Origin: Anaerovoracaceae bacterium
GTDB taxonomy: Bacteria; Bacillota; Clostridia; Peptostreptococcales; Anaerovoracaceae
Assembly: GCA_045545455.1 (NCBI GenBank)
Contig: JAZQAY010000120.1
Location: 1,195-65,194, forward strand
Length of the DNA: 64,000 nt
Direction: 5' to 3'
Under the pieces are notes generated by a model. The model did no database searches. It worked only from the letters and a program-made list of their open reading frames with translations, and was not told where the DNA came from. Positions 44,715-53,199 of this stretch are shown in pieces; position 1 is the first letter of the stretch; every line of letters begins with the position of its first letter. The position numbers and the translations under genes are program-made.

Positions 44715-46079
44715 TCAATACTTTCCGAGCGACGATGCCAGCGTCTCGTCCGGCTGCTCTCCGAAGGCCTGGTCCCTTCCGGGAAGGATGGCGTTCAGCA
44801 CGATACCTACGATGGAAGCGACTGCAAGTCCGGAAAGGTTCACGCTCATGGAGCCGATCATGAAGCTTACTGCCCCTGCATCAGAGAAGTTGATTCCGAG
44901 AGCGAGACCGATTATGAGGGCTGCGATTATGATATTTCTTGACTGCTGGAAATCAGTCTTGTTTTCAACCATGTTTCTGATACCGATGGCGGAGATCATA
45001 CCATAAAGGATGATGGATACGCCGCCAATGGTGGCTGCAGGCATGATCTCGATAACTGCAGCGAACTTGGGGCAGAATGAAAGAACCATTGCATAGCAGG
45101 CTGCAAGTCTTACCACGAAGGGGTCATACACCTTGGTAAGAGCGAGAACTCCGGTGTTCTCACCATACGTGGTGTTTGCAGGAGCTCCGAAGAGTGAAGC
45201 GATGGCAGTTCCGATACCGTCTCCGATAAGGGTCTTGTGAAGACCGGGATCCTCGATGAAGTTCTTTCCTACGGTCCCGCCGATAGCGGAGATGTCTCCA
45301 ACGTGCTCCATCATGGTCGCGAAGGAGATGGGAACGATGGTGATGATAGCCGTGAGGAGCAGGCCTGCATCCATGCTGCCTTCGGTGAAGATCGAAAGAC
45401 CTGTGTTTTCCCAGATGACCGGAAGTCCGATCCAGGGAGCATCTGCTACCGCTGAGAAATCAACGTTTCCGGTAACTGCTGCAACTGCGTATGAAACGAT
45501 AACACCGAGAAGGATGGGAACGATCTTGATCATGCCCTTGCCCCAGATATTGCAGATGATGACCACCAGGATGGCAACCAGTGCGATGGGCCAGTTGGTG
45601 GAACAGTTGTTGATGGCAGAAGGTGCCAGGATAAGGCCGATGGCCAGGATGATGGGTCCTGTGACTACAGGAGGGAAAAATCTCATTACCCTCTTGGAAC
45701 CGAAGGCCTTGCAGATCAGGGCGAGCACGAAGTATACAAGTCCTGCGCAGGCAACGCCGATGCATGCGTAATTAAGTGAAACTCTGTCGGAATAACCCAT
45801 AGCCACTCCGGCAGCCTTGACTGCGGCATATCCTCCGAGGAATGCGAAGGATGATCCTAAAAATACGGGAACCTTGAAATTCGTCACCACGTGCATGAAC
45901 AGCGTGGCAAGTCCTGCGAATAAAAGAGTTGTTGATACGCTTAAACCTGTGATGATGGGGACCAGTACCGTTGCGCCGAACATTGCGAACATGTGCTGAA
46001 GTCCCAGAATGGCCACCTTGCTGTATCCCAGTTCTTTTCTGGCATCGTAGATGGCTGTCTGATTCTGTGTTTTACCCAT
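44715..46079 (-). CDS. pyrP: NCS2-family uracil permease
   Basis: 454 aa, about 12 TM, with NCS2 motifs (..GENTGVLALT..). It is preceded by a PyrR-type attenuator. Confidence 0.75.
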   Translation of the reverse strand: MGKTQNQTAIYDARKELGYSKVAILGLQHMFAMFGATVLVPIITGLSVSTTLLFAGLATLFMHVVTNFKVPVFLGSSFAFLGGYAAVKAAGVAMGYSDRVSLNYACIGVACAGLVYFVLALICKAFGSKRVMRFFPPVVTGPIILAIGLILAPSAINNCSTNWPIALVAILVVIICNIWGKGMIKIVPILLGVIVSYAVAAVTGNVDFSAVADAPWIGLPVIWENTGLSIFTEGSMDAGLLLTAIITIVPISFATMMEHVGDISAIGGTVGKNFIEDPGLHKTLIGDGIGTAIASLFGAPANTTYGENTGVLALTKVYDPFVVRLAACYAMVLSFCPKFAAVIEIMPAATIGGVSIILYGMISAIGIRNMVENKTDFQQSRNIIIAALIIGLALGINFSDAGAVSFMIGSMSVNLSGLAVASIVGIVLNAILPGRDQAFGEQPDETLASSLGKY

Positions 46080-46148
46080 GATTTCCTCCTTATGATCAAA
46101 GGTGATAAGTTCTCAAAACATCCGCCTGGCATGGGGACCCTAAGCATC

Positions 46149-46174
46149 AAAAAAGACCTGCCCCGCGGCAAGTC
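46149..46174 (-). terminator. attenuator terminator in the pyrP leader
   Basis: Minus strand reads GACTTGCC-GCGG-GGCAGGTC followed by TTTTTT, about 70 nt upstream of the pyrP ATG. Confidence 0.55.
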
Positions 46175-46207
46175 AAGTTATAGCATATCCGTCACCCTAT
46201 GTTAGAT

Positions 46208-46230
46208 CTTGCCGGTATCTCTGTACCGAT
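46208..46230 (-). promoter_or_regulatory. candidate PyrR binding loop
   Basis: Minus strand reads AUCGGUACAGAGAUACCGGCAAG. This resembles the ..CCAGAGAGG..GCAAG PyrR binding-loop consensus. Confidence 0.45.
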
Positions 46231-46254
46231 TTAAAGATGTTTTTTCCAAGTCCT

Positions 46255-46284
46255 AATATACTATATTTTCATCTCTTCAGTCAA
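46255..46284 (-). promoter_or_regulatory. sigma-A type promoter for pyrP-pyrR
   Basis: Minus strand reads TTGACT (46284-46279), an 18-nt spacer, then TATATT (46260-46255). Confidence 0.5.
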
Positions 46285-46285
46285 C

Positions 46286-46315
46286 AAAAAACTGCGCCAT
46301 CCAACGCAGTTTTTT
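46286..46315 (-). terminator. terminator after the repeat-protein gene
   Basis: ACTGCG-(8 nt)-CGCAGT followed by TTTTTT on the minus strand. Confidence 0.5.
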
Positions 46316-46424
46316 GCTTTTTATATTTAAGAGAAAATAGGGTCATTATAATTATCTTATCTTTATTATCTTTATTAACTTTCTTATCTATTAAGGCTGA
46401 CCCGGAAGTTCTCTAAATACCGGT

Positions 46425-47168
46425 TTATCTGGGCATTGCCCAATCCTGATACTCGTAATCCTTGGAAGCTCCGAAGATCTCCTTCATCTTCTTCTTGGCA
46501 GCGTTTACGATCTCCTCAGTCGTGAACTTCTGATTGTTGTCATATGCATAAGCCTTCATACCTGTGACAGCCATCTTAAGAGCATCCTCAGGCTTGAATC
46601 CGCCGAGGTCAAGGGTTGCTGTTACTGACTCGAATGCATATTCAAGGAAGTCCTCATGTGTAGTCTCCTTGGGAGCGTTTACGGAATCTGCTCTGTGCTC
46701 TTTATCGAAGTCAGCGTTGGCAACGTCGAGCTCCTTCATCTTCTTTGCTACGAAAGCCTTGACTTCTTCTTCGGAGAAATTCTGGGCGTTAGTCTGGGAA
46801 TAAGCCATCATTCCGGTCACTGCCATCTTGGCTGCGTCCTCGGGCTTGAATCCGCCGAGATCGAGAGTTGATGTAACGGAGTCAAAAGCATATCCGAGGA
46901 TATCTTCATGTGTTGTCTCTTTAGGAGCGTTTACGGAATCTGCTCTGTGCTTGGAATCGAAATCAGCATCAGCAACTGCAAGTCCCTTAAGGCCCGCTTC
47001 TGCTCTTGCTTCGATCTCTTCATCTGTGAACTCGAAATCGTTCTTCTTAAGGAAAGCTTTCATTCCGGTAATAACGATCTTCTTGGCATCATCGTGACCA
47101 AAAGCTCCTACGTCGATGGTATCAACTGCTGTTTCAAAAGCGAAATCAAGGTATTTCTTCATATCCAT
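46425..47168 (-). CDS. acidic protein built of three ~84-aa tandem repeats, function unknown
   Basis: Start moved to MDMKKYL (GGAGGG SD). The repeat unit is ..(E/G)YAF(E/D)SVT.TLDLGGFKPEDA.KMAVTGM.AY......F..EE.......KMKEL.VANADFD.EHRADSVNAPKETTHED. A 28-nt stretch is repeated exactly 252 nt apart (46672 and 46924). Confidence 0.6.
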   Translation of the reverse strand: MDMKKYLDFAFETAVDTIDVGAFGHDDAKKIVITGMKAFLKKNDFEFTDEEIEARAEAGLKGLAVADADFDSKHRADSVNAPKETTHEDILGYAFDSVTSTLDLGGFKPEDAAKMAVTGMMAYSQTNAQNFSEEEVKAFVAKKMKELDVANADFDKEHRADSVNAPKETTHEDFLEYAFESVTATLDLGGFKPEDALKMAVTGMKAYAYDNNQKFTTEEIVNAAKKKMKEIFGASKDYEYQDWAMPR

Positions 47169-47231
47169 TTTTCTTTCCCTCCACATTTATATAAGTTTAT
47201 TTTTAATTCATTCGGTTTACGCCGATATATA

Positions 47232-47248
47232 AAGCATCAGGCGTGCCA
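47232..47248 (-). promoter_or_regulatory. sigma-54 (-24/-12) promoter
   Basis: Minus strand reads TTGGCACG-CCTG-ATGCTT, which is GG-N10-GC with one mismatch to TGGCACG-N4-TTGCW. It lies about 65 nt upstream of the repeat-protein ATG. Confidence 0.65.
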
Positions 47249-47376
47249 AACTCCTGAAAATGTGCAAAAAAATTTAAAAAATATTAAAAAACCGCCTTTT
47301 GGGTAAAAAAACAGGCTTCGGACAGGGTATGCAGCCTCCCGAAGCCATCTCATCATTATAGTATTTTGAAAAATTT

Positions 47377-47392
47377 GATTCATAATTGAATC
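47377..47392. promoter_or_regulatory. candidate enhancer (UAS) palindrome
   Basis: GATTCA-TAAT-TGAATC is a perfect palindrome about 130 bp upstream of the -24 element. A further TGAATCA/TGAGTCA half-site pair lies at 47406-47424. Confidence 0.4.
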
Positions 47393-47434
47393 GTTAAAAG
47401 TATATTTGAATCATTTTTGAGTCAGAACGTCACA

Positions 47435-49522
47435 TCACAATCCATATTTCAGTTTTTTTCTGGCTAAGGTTGACTGAGACATGCCTAAAAACTCCGCAGC
47501 AGCCCTGGTAGTGCCCTCTTTTTTCAGGGCAAAGGCTATCAGCCGCTTCTCCTGTTGACTCATTATTGAATCAAAGTTAAGATCCTTCTCCCTGCTGAAC
47601 TCATTTTTTACGTCCACCACCACGTCATCGAACACGCTTTCATTCAGCATGCTGTTCACATCATCTCCGTCTATCACGTCGCTTCTTTCAGTGATGTACA
47701 GTCTATGTACCGTATTCTCAAGTTCCCTTACGTTTCCGGGCCAGTGATAAGCCATCAGTTCCTTATACGCGTCCGGGGAAAACGTTTTCTTTATTCCGTA
47801 TTTTCTGCTGTAATTCTCGAGGAAAGTGTCCGCCAGACAGACTATGTCCTCTGTCCTTGCCCTCAGCGGAGGCACGTTGATCTGACAGATGTTCAGCCTG
47901 TAATAGAGGTCTTCTCTGAACTTCCCCTCATCGACCAGTTTTTTCAGAGGCACGTTGTTGGCCACTATCACCCTGACGTTCACGTGTATGGGTTCAGTCC
48001 CTCCGATCCTGTAGAAAGTGTTCTCCTGAAGCACTCTTAAGAGCTTGGCCTGCATATCCAGTGGCAGGCTCCCTATCTCATCCAGGAACAGCGTTCCGTT
48101 GTTGGCCAGGGCGAAGTACCCATCCTTTCCCTCGGTTGAGGCCCCTGTGAAGGATCCCTTCTCGTAGCCGAAAAATTCGCTTTCAGCCAGGTTTTCCTGT
48201 ATGGTGGCACAGTTGATCTTGATGGCGGGTTTCTCCCTTCTGAGGGAATTCTGCTGGATCAGATCGAAGACTCTTTCCTTACCTGAACCTGTCTCACCCT
48301 GGATAATGACGTTTGCGTCATAACGGGCGATATTCAGGATCTCCTCCACCATCTGTCCGGTAAGCGGTGATTCGTATATGAAGTTATCTATGTTCTTTGC
48401 GGCTTTCTTGGTGCGTTCTCCCATGGAAGCCTCAAGGACGGGTGCCCCTTTTGAAGGCGTTCTCTTTTTATACAGTGCGTCCAGCCTTTCCAGACACTCT
48501 GAGGAATACTCCACCAGCTCCTTGGAGAACTCAAAGGTCGTATCCTTGAATCCGTCCAGAGCATAGAAGAAGACTTCCTTTCCCATGGAATCCGCTGCCA
48601 GCATGCTCTGGTTGTATCTGTTGCTCATGCTTATGAAACAGATCTCCCCCTTGTTTCTGGTTATCAGAGCCGTAAAGCTGTCGCAGCCTGCGATATTCTC
48701 AAGATTTATGGTGCAGTCGAACAGCCTGCCGTTCTCCCCTTTTATCACCTCAAGCCCTGCTTCATATGGGCTTGAAAGGTTCACGCCTATGATACGGTCT
48801 GCGGAACTTCCGAACACTTCCTTAAGGTCGTCCTCCATACCTTCATAGAGATAAGCCTTATCCATTATGAAGGTTACTCTGCAGTCTCCGAACCAGGTCT
48901 TCTTAACAAGATTCGAATAAAGCACTGCCTCCAGAAGGTTGCTTCCCACCACTGCCACGTTTCTTGATCTGTGGGTCATGAGTTCGTACTGGATCCCCTC
49001 GAAATTGCCCTCTTCGTCGATGGCTCTCAGGAGATGTGGTACGTTTATCATGCTGTCATCTATCCTGTAGAGGTTAGTGGTCTCAAAGCAGATCACGTAA
49101 CCCTTTACTTTGGCCTGGCTGTAGTTGAAATCAATATCCGTTATCTCCTCAAGATACATGGGAAGCGCTGCAAGAGGACATGCACCTACTACTCTGTCGC
49201 CTTCCCTGAGTCCCCTGGAATCCAGGTCCACGTTCTTGCCGCAGGCTTCTATCACGCCTGAAAATACACCGCTTGACTCGGTATAGGGATTGTGGAACTT
49301 GCCTCTTTCATTCACGATCTTCATGATACGGGCTCTTGTCTCTGCCTTATCGTAGCCGGAGATCGACGCGATCTGATCCATGTTGTCCCTCTCGAAATCG
49401 ATGTACTCCAAAGACACCCGGATCTCATCGGGCCGGATCTTTTTTGAATTATCCAGTTTCCATGCCGCTACAGGTATGGAGCCCTTAGGCTCCAGCACTC
49501 TGTTCTTCCCGAAATCTTTCAT
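47435..49522 (-). CDS. sigma-54-dependent transcriptional activator with N-terminal dehydrogenase-like sensor domain
   Basis: 695 aa. The central AAA+ domain has GETGSGKE, ESEFFGYEKGSFTGA (a GAFTGA variant) and LFLDEIG, with a C-terminal Fis-type HTH. The N-terminal ~330 aa resemble L-erythro-3,5-diaminohexanoate dehydrogenase (from memory). Confidence 0.8.
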   Translation of the reverse strand: MKDFGKNRVLEPKGSIPVAAWKLDNSKKIRPDEIRVSLEYIDFERDNMDQIASISGYDKAETRARIMKIVNERGKFHNPYTESSGVFSGVIEACGKNVDLDSRGLREGDRVVGACPLAALPMYLEEITDIDFNYSQAKVKGYVICFETTNLYRIDDSMINVPHLLRAIDEEGNFEGIQYELMTHRSRNVAVVGSNLLEAVLYSNLVKKTWFGDCRVTFIMDKAYLYEGMEDDLKEVFGSSADRIIGVNLSSPYEAGLEVIKGENGRLFDCTINLENIAGCDSFTALITRNKGEICFISMSNRYNQSMLAADSMGKEVFFYALDGFKDTTFEFSKELVEYSSECLERLDALYKKRTPSKGAPVLEASMGERTKKAAKNIDNFIYESPLTGQMVEEILNIARYDANVIIQGETGSGKERVFDLIQQNSLRREKPAIKINCATIQENLAESEFFGYEKGSFTGASTEGKDGYFALANNGTLFLDEIGSLPLDMQAKLLRVLQENTFYRIGGTEPIHVNVRVIVANNVPLKKLVDEGKFREDLYYRLNICQINVPPLRARTEDIVCLADTFLENYSRKYGIKKTFSPDAYKELMAYHWPGNVRELENTVHRLYITERSDVIDGDDVNSMLNESVFDDVVVDVKNEFSREKDLNFDSIMSQQEKRLIAFALKKEGTTRAAAEFLGMSQSTLARKKLKYGL

Positions 49523-49538
49523 TTGGGATCTCCGTCAT

Positions 49539-49991
49539 CTACCATATGGCCACCACGCCTGCCGTGGCCAGGCTCACTATCACTCCTGCGATGAGTACTC
49601 CGAGCACTATGGCCGGGATGGCTCTCTTCAGCTGCATGTCAAGCATAGCTGCAACCAGCGCGCCCGTCCAGGCTCCTGTTCCCGGAAGAGGTATGGCTAC
49701 CAGAGCCACCAGCCCCCAGAATTCATATTTCAGAACGCTGTCCTTCTTTCTGTCCGCTTTGTCCTTGAATTTCTTTACTATCTTTTTCAGGAACTCACTC
49801 TTCTGCTCCATCCAGTGAAAAACCCTTCTGACAAAGATCAATACGAAAGGTACGGGTACCAGGTTCCCTATCACAGAAACTATCGCTGCGGTCAGGAGCG
49901 GCAGCCCCGCTGCCACGCCGGCAGGTATAGCTCCTCTCAGTTCAACTACGGGAGCCATCGCTATCAGGAAAGTATAAATTATCGCCTTCAA
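49539..49991 (-). CDS. small multidrug-export-like (COG2426) membrane protein
   Basis: 150 aa, 4 TM, with the APVVELRGAIP motif. The stop codon is TAG. Confidence 0.55.
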   Translation of the reverse strand: MKAIIYTFLIAMAPVVELRGAIPAGVAAGLPLLTAAIVSVIGNLVPVPFVLIFVRRVFHWMEQKSEFLKKIVKKFKDKADRKKDSVLKYEFWGLVALVAIPLPGTGAWTGALVAAMLDMQLKRAIPAIVLGVLIAGVIVSLATAGVVAIW

Positions 49992-50036
49992 ATCCCTTTA
50001 CTCCTTATTACAAAAAATATTTCATATCACCCGGTC

Positions 50037-51254
50037 TCAGAAACCCATCGAGACCGGTGACACTATCACGCTTTTGACGGAATAATCTATTCCAGTCCTC
50101 TGCCTTCCCACAATGAAGTTCTTGTCCACACGTCTCTGGACTATGGAGCAGTTCTCCTTAGTGGTATTGACCAGAAGCACAAGGTACTGCCCCTTGCCGT
50201 ACTTAGCCACCGTATCACTGTGTCGGACGGAATGTACTATAGCATCCATCAGCCTGTCGGACAGTTCATCCAGTTTGGGCCCGTCCTTCATGGGGTTGCC
50301 TTTGCTGTCCACCACAGTGCACAGCATGATGAATATCCTGTCTTCCTGTCTGTCCATGGTCCTGGACAGTATCCTGTACACCTCCTGGAATACCGGATAG
50401 GAGCAGTAGTATCCTCCCCTCTTTTCGGGAAGTTTTTCTATGAGTTTATCCTGTATATCGTCCAGACTGTCGTGCTGATGTATGAGGCTGGCGGTAAGTC
50501 TGTTTGCCAGCTCCCTTACGTATGATGAGGTTCTCTCACCGAATTCCTGAACGTACAGGTCGATGGTGTCCTCGCAAAGCGACTGCGCGTCCTCGTATCT
50601 TCCCATTGCTGCCAGCGCCTCCACTATGAGCACTTCCCAGTCAGCAAACGGGTCGACGGATACCGCATAGTCGCCCAGGCTTTTAAGCTGCTTGTAATCC
50701 TTGATCTCTCTTATGAGATCAGCTGCCATGTTTACACACTCGTGAAACAGCGTCCTGAACTTTCTGGCTTCCTGCATGGCCCAGGGGCTGTTGTTGATGT
50801 TCTCCAGAAAGCTCCGCCTGTAGATGTGCACTGCACCCAGCAGCAGCTGAAGTTTCCTGTCCTGATCCGTTTCAGCGAGGGCTTCCTCGTGCATCCTCTG
50901 CATCTCATCCGTATCCAGGACGACCTCTATCTCAGGGGTCCAGTAATAGACTCCCCTGGATGCATCGATGTAGTTCACGTCCGGAAGGCCGGATGCCTTA
51001 AGACGTTTCTTTGCATTATATATTATGTTCCTTATAGCGTGCTGAACGTCGTCGATCTCCCTGTCCTCGAAGAGTATATCCTTCAGCTGGCTGCGGTTGG
51101 CGCCGCTTTTACCTGCATAGAGCACAGCTTCCATAAGTCCGCAGAACTGTGACCCCGACTGCCTGCCATCCACCAGTTCCTTACCGTCGAAAACTATAGA
51201 GAAGCCATCCAGCATCTTAACGTTCAAAACAGCTTTTTCAATGATCTTGCCCAT
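50037..51254 (-). CDS. SARP/BTAD-type regulator with C-terminal degenerate GGDEF-like domain
   Basis: 405 aa with an N-terminal winged helix plus a helical BTAD-like region. In the C-terminal ~130 aa the GGDEF position reads AKYGKGQYLVLL. Confidence 0.45.
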   Translation of the reverse strand: MGKIIEKAVLNVKMLDGFSIVFDGKELVDGRQSGSQFCGLMEAVLYAGKSGANRSQLKDILFEDREIDDVQHAIRNIIYNAKKRLKASGLPDVNYIDASRGVYYWTPEIEVVLDTDEMQRMHEEALAETDQDRKLQLLLGAVHIYRRSFLENINNSPWAMQEARKFRTLFHECVNMAADLIREIKDYKQLKSLGDYAVSVDPFADWEVLIVEALAAMGRYEDAQSLCEDTIDLYVQEFGERTSSYVRELANRLTASLIHQHDSLDDIQDKLIEKLPEKRGGYYCSYPVFQEVYRILSRTMDRQEDRIFIMLCTVVDSKGNPMKDGPKLDELSDRLMDAIVHSVRHSDTVAKYGKGQYLVLLVNTTKENCSIVQRRVDKNFIVGRQRTGIDYSVKSVIVSPVSMGF

Positions 51255-51278
51255 AAATCTGACTCCCGCCTTAAGCCC

Positions 51279-52334
51279 TTATCCGAGACGTTTCACCATA
51301 TTTTCGTAGTTTACACAGGAAAGAAGCGCAGTGTCTCTGGTTATCCTTCCTTCTTTATAAAGTTCCAGAAGATTGCCGTCCATGGTGCACATACCGTCCT
51401 GCGCACCTGCCTGCATGACGGATTCAAGCTGGTGAAGTTTGTTCTCTCTGATCATATTCTGTACAGCTACAGTTGACTTCATTACTTCAAATACCGGTAT
51501 AAGACCGCCGTCCACCGCAGGCACAAGCTGCTGACAAACTATTCCCTTCAGTATCTGTGCAAGCTGTATCTTGACCTGCTGCTGCTGATTGGCCGGGAAC
51601 ACGTCCAGTATCCTGTTTATGGTATTTGCCGCCCCGCTGGTGTGAAGGGTACTTAAGAGGAGCACTCCCGTCTCAGCCGCCGTCATGGCTGAAGAGATGG
51701 TGTCGTAGTCCCTCATCTCACCGAGAAGGATGACGTCAGGGCTTTCTCTTAAAGCCGATCTCAGCGATTCCAGATATCCCGGTGTGTCTATTGAGATCTC
51801 CCTCTGGGTCACTATGGCCTTATCATGCCTGTGGATATATTCTATGGGGTCCTCCATGGTGATCACGTGGCAGTCCCTGGACTTGTTGATCCTGTCGATC
51901 ATACAGGCCAGTGTGGTGGATTTACCGGTGCCGGCAGATCCCGTTATGAGCACCAGGCCCTTTTTGTTGTCCGCCATGGAAAGGACGTTTTCGGGTATGC
52001 CCAGATCCTTAGGATCAGGAATACCGAATCTAATGACCCTGATGACCGCAGCCAGCGAACCGCGCTGTCTGAAAACGTTCACCCTGAAACGCCCCATACC
52101 TGAGATGGTTATACTGAAATCATCATCGGCTCCCCTTTCAAGATTTGTCTTTTCGCGGCCGCCGATCCTGTAGATATCATCAACAAGTACCCTTATATCA
52201 TCCGGTAAGAGCCTTTCCATATCAAGCCTCTCCTGATGTCCGTTGCATTTGAACGTGATGGGAAGGCCGGCTATGATAAATATATCCGCAGCCTCCGCTT
52301 TCATTGCTTTTTCAAGTATTTCAGTTATTCCCAT
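51279..52334 (-). CDS. pilT: PilT-family type IV filament ATPase
   Basis: Start moved to MGITEILEK (AAGGAG SD). Has Walker A (GSAGTGKST), GEMRD and the PilT-type VQNMIRENK motif. Length is 351 aa. Confidence 0.75.
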   Translation of the reverse strand: MGITEILEKAMKAEAADIFIIAGLPITFKCNGHQERLDMERLLPDDIRVLVDDIYRIGGREKTNLERGADDDFSITISGMGRFRVNVFRQRGSLAAVIRVIRFGIPDPKDLGIPENVLSMADNKKGLVLITGSAGTGKSTTLACMIDRINKSRDCHVITMEDPIEYIHRHDKAIVTQREISIDTPGYLESLRSALRESPDVILLGEMRDYDTISSAMTAAETGVLLLSTLHTSGAANTINRILDVFPANQQQQVKIQLAQILKGIVCQQLVPAVDGGLIPVFEVMKSTVAVQNMIRENKLHQLESVMQAGAQDGMCTMDGNLLELYKEGRITRDTALLSCVNYENMVKRLG

Positions 52335-52345
52335 ATCGTTCTCCT

Positions 52346-52750
52346 TTAATCGTTTCCTGACCACAAGTTGCCTATCCTGGTATCCTGTACCCAGTCGTGC
52401 TCGTATTTCCACGATATTATTTCGTAGTCTCCGGACCCGTCAGTCCTTATTCCTATCCTGAGATTGAGATCTCCCTCTTTAAGGTCGGCAAAATACTCCC
52501 TGCCGTCCGTATCTGACACGCTGAATCCGGCCGGGACACCGCCTGAAGAAATGACCGCATCTGCTGATTCAAGCAGTTCCTGTCCTTTTATCTCCAGCGC
52601 GTACCTTTCAGATACCGTATCCGCATACTTCTCAGCAAGCCTCATATCCGCTCCGGCGGTAGTGTATGAAAGTATCGACATAATGGTGAGGCAGATGCTT
52701 ATCACCGTAAGAAGCAGCGCCAGAGGTCCGAGTTTAGGTGTATGGTTCAT
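52346..52750 (-). CDS. pilin-like small membrane-anchored protein 4 (non-canonical)
   Basis: 134 aa with one N-terminal hydrophobic helix followed by a beta-rich domain. ATGA overlap with the upstream gene. Confidence 0.4.
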   Translation of the reverse strand: MNHTPKLGPLALLLTVISICLTIMSILSYTTAGADMRLAEKYADTVSERYALEIKGQELLESADAVISSGGVPAGFSVSDTDGREYFADLKEGDLNLRIGIRTDGSGDYEIISWKYEHDWVQDTRIGNLWSGND

Positions 52751-53199
52751 GACCTCACCTCCTTCAGATATACAGCCGTATCCAGCGAATAGACCGGTTC
52801 ATCAGATCCGTCGAGTCTCACGCTCACCTTGTTTCTTACAAGGCCTTCGCCGTCCCCTCCTTCAGGTTCCCAGCTTATCTCAAGTATGTATTTACCGTCC
52901 TTATCCGGCGAAAGATCTTCATCGTATCTCGCTTCCACCTTAAAAACGTCGCCTTCAACTATCCTGGCGTTGTCCTCTTCGTTAAGCCATCCGTATAGTT
53001 CGTCACCGTCGGAAGAAGCTGAAGCCATCTCGCAGGCGTTCTGTGCCAAAGTGACCGAACCTGTCAGAGCTTCGGCTTCACCGCTCTTGACTATGCCTGC
53101 ACCGAATAAGTTGGTGAGTACCAGAATGATGCAGATAAAGACGGCGATCAGAAGCAGGGCCTCTAAATAGAAGGCTGTGATGTGGTTTCTGCTCTTCAT
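52747..53199 (-). CDS. pilin-like small membrane-anchored protein 3 (non-canonical)
   Basis: 150 aa starting MKSRNHITAFYLEALLLIAVF, with a Glu in the hydrophobic helix but no G-F-T-L-x-E motif. ATGA overlaps on both sides. Confidence 0.4.
   Translation of the reverse strand: MKSRNHITAFYLEALLLIAVFICIILVLTNLFGAGIVKSGEAEALTGSVTLAQNACEMASASSDGDELYGWLNEEDNARIVEGDVFKVEARYDEDLSPDKDGKYILEISWEPEGGDGEGLVRNKVSVRLDGSDEPVYSLDTAVYLKEVRS

Noticed and set aside
41201-44942. Long plus-strand ORFs (285, 277, 292, 147 aa) opposite the Cdr, YitT and pyrR genes. Similar antisense ORFs lie at 3668-4417, 15571-16194, 17684-18511 and 49380-50060.
   Set aside because: These are shadow ORFs antisense to strongly supported genes. 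They have no SDs, show skewed low-complexity composition and contain no recognisable motifs.
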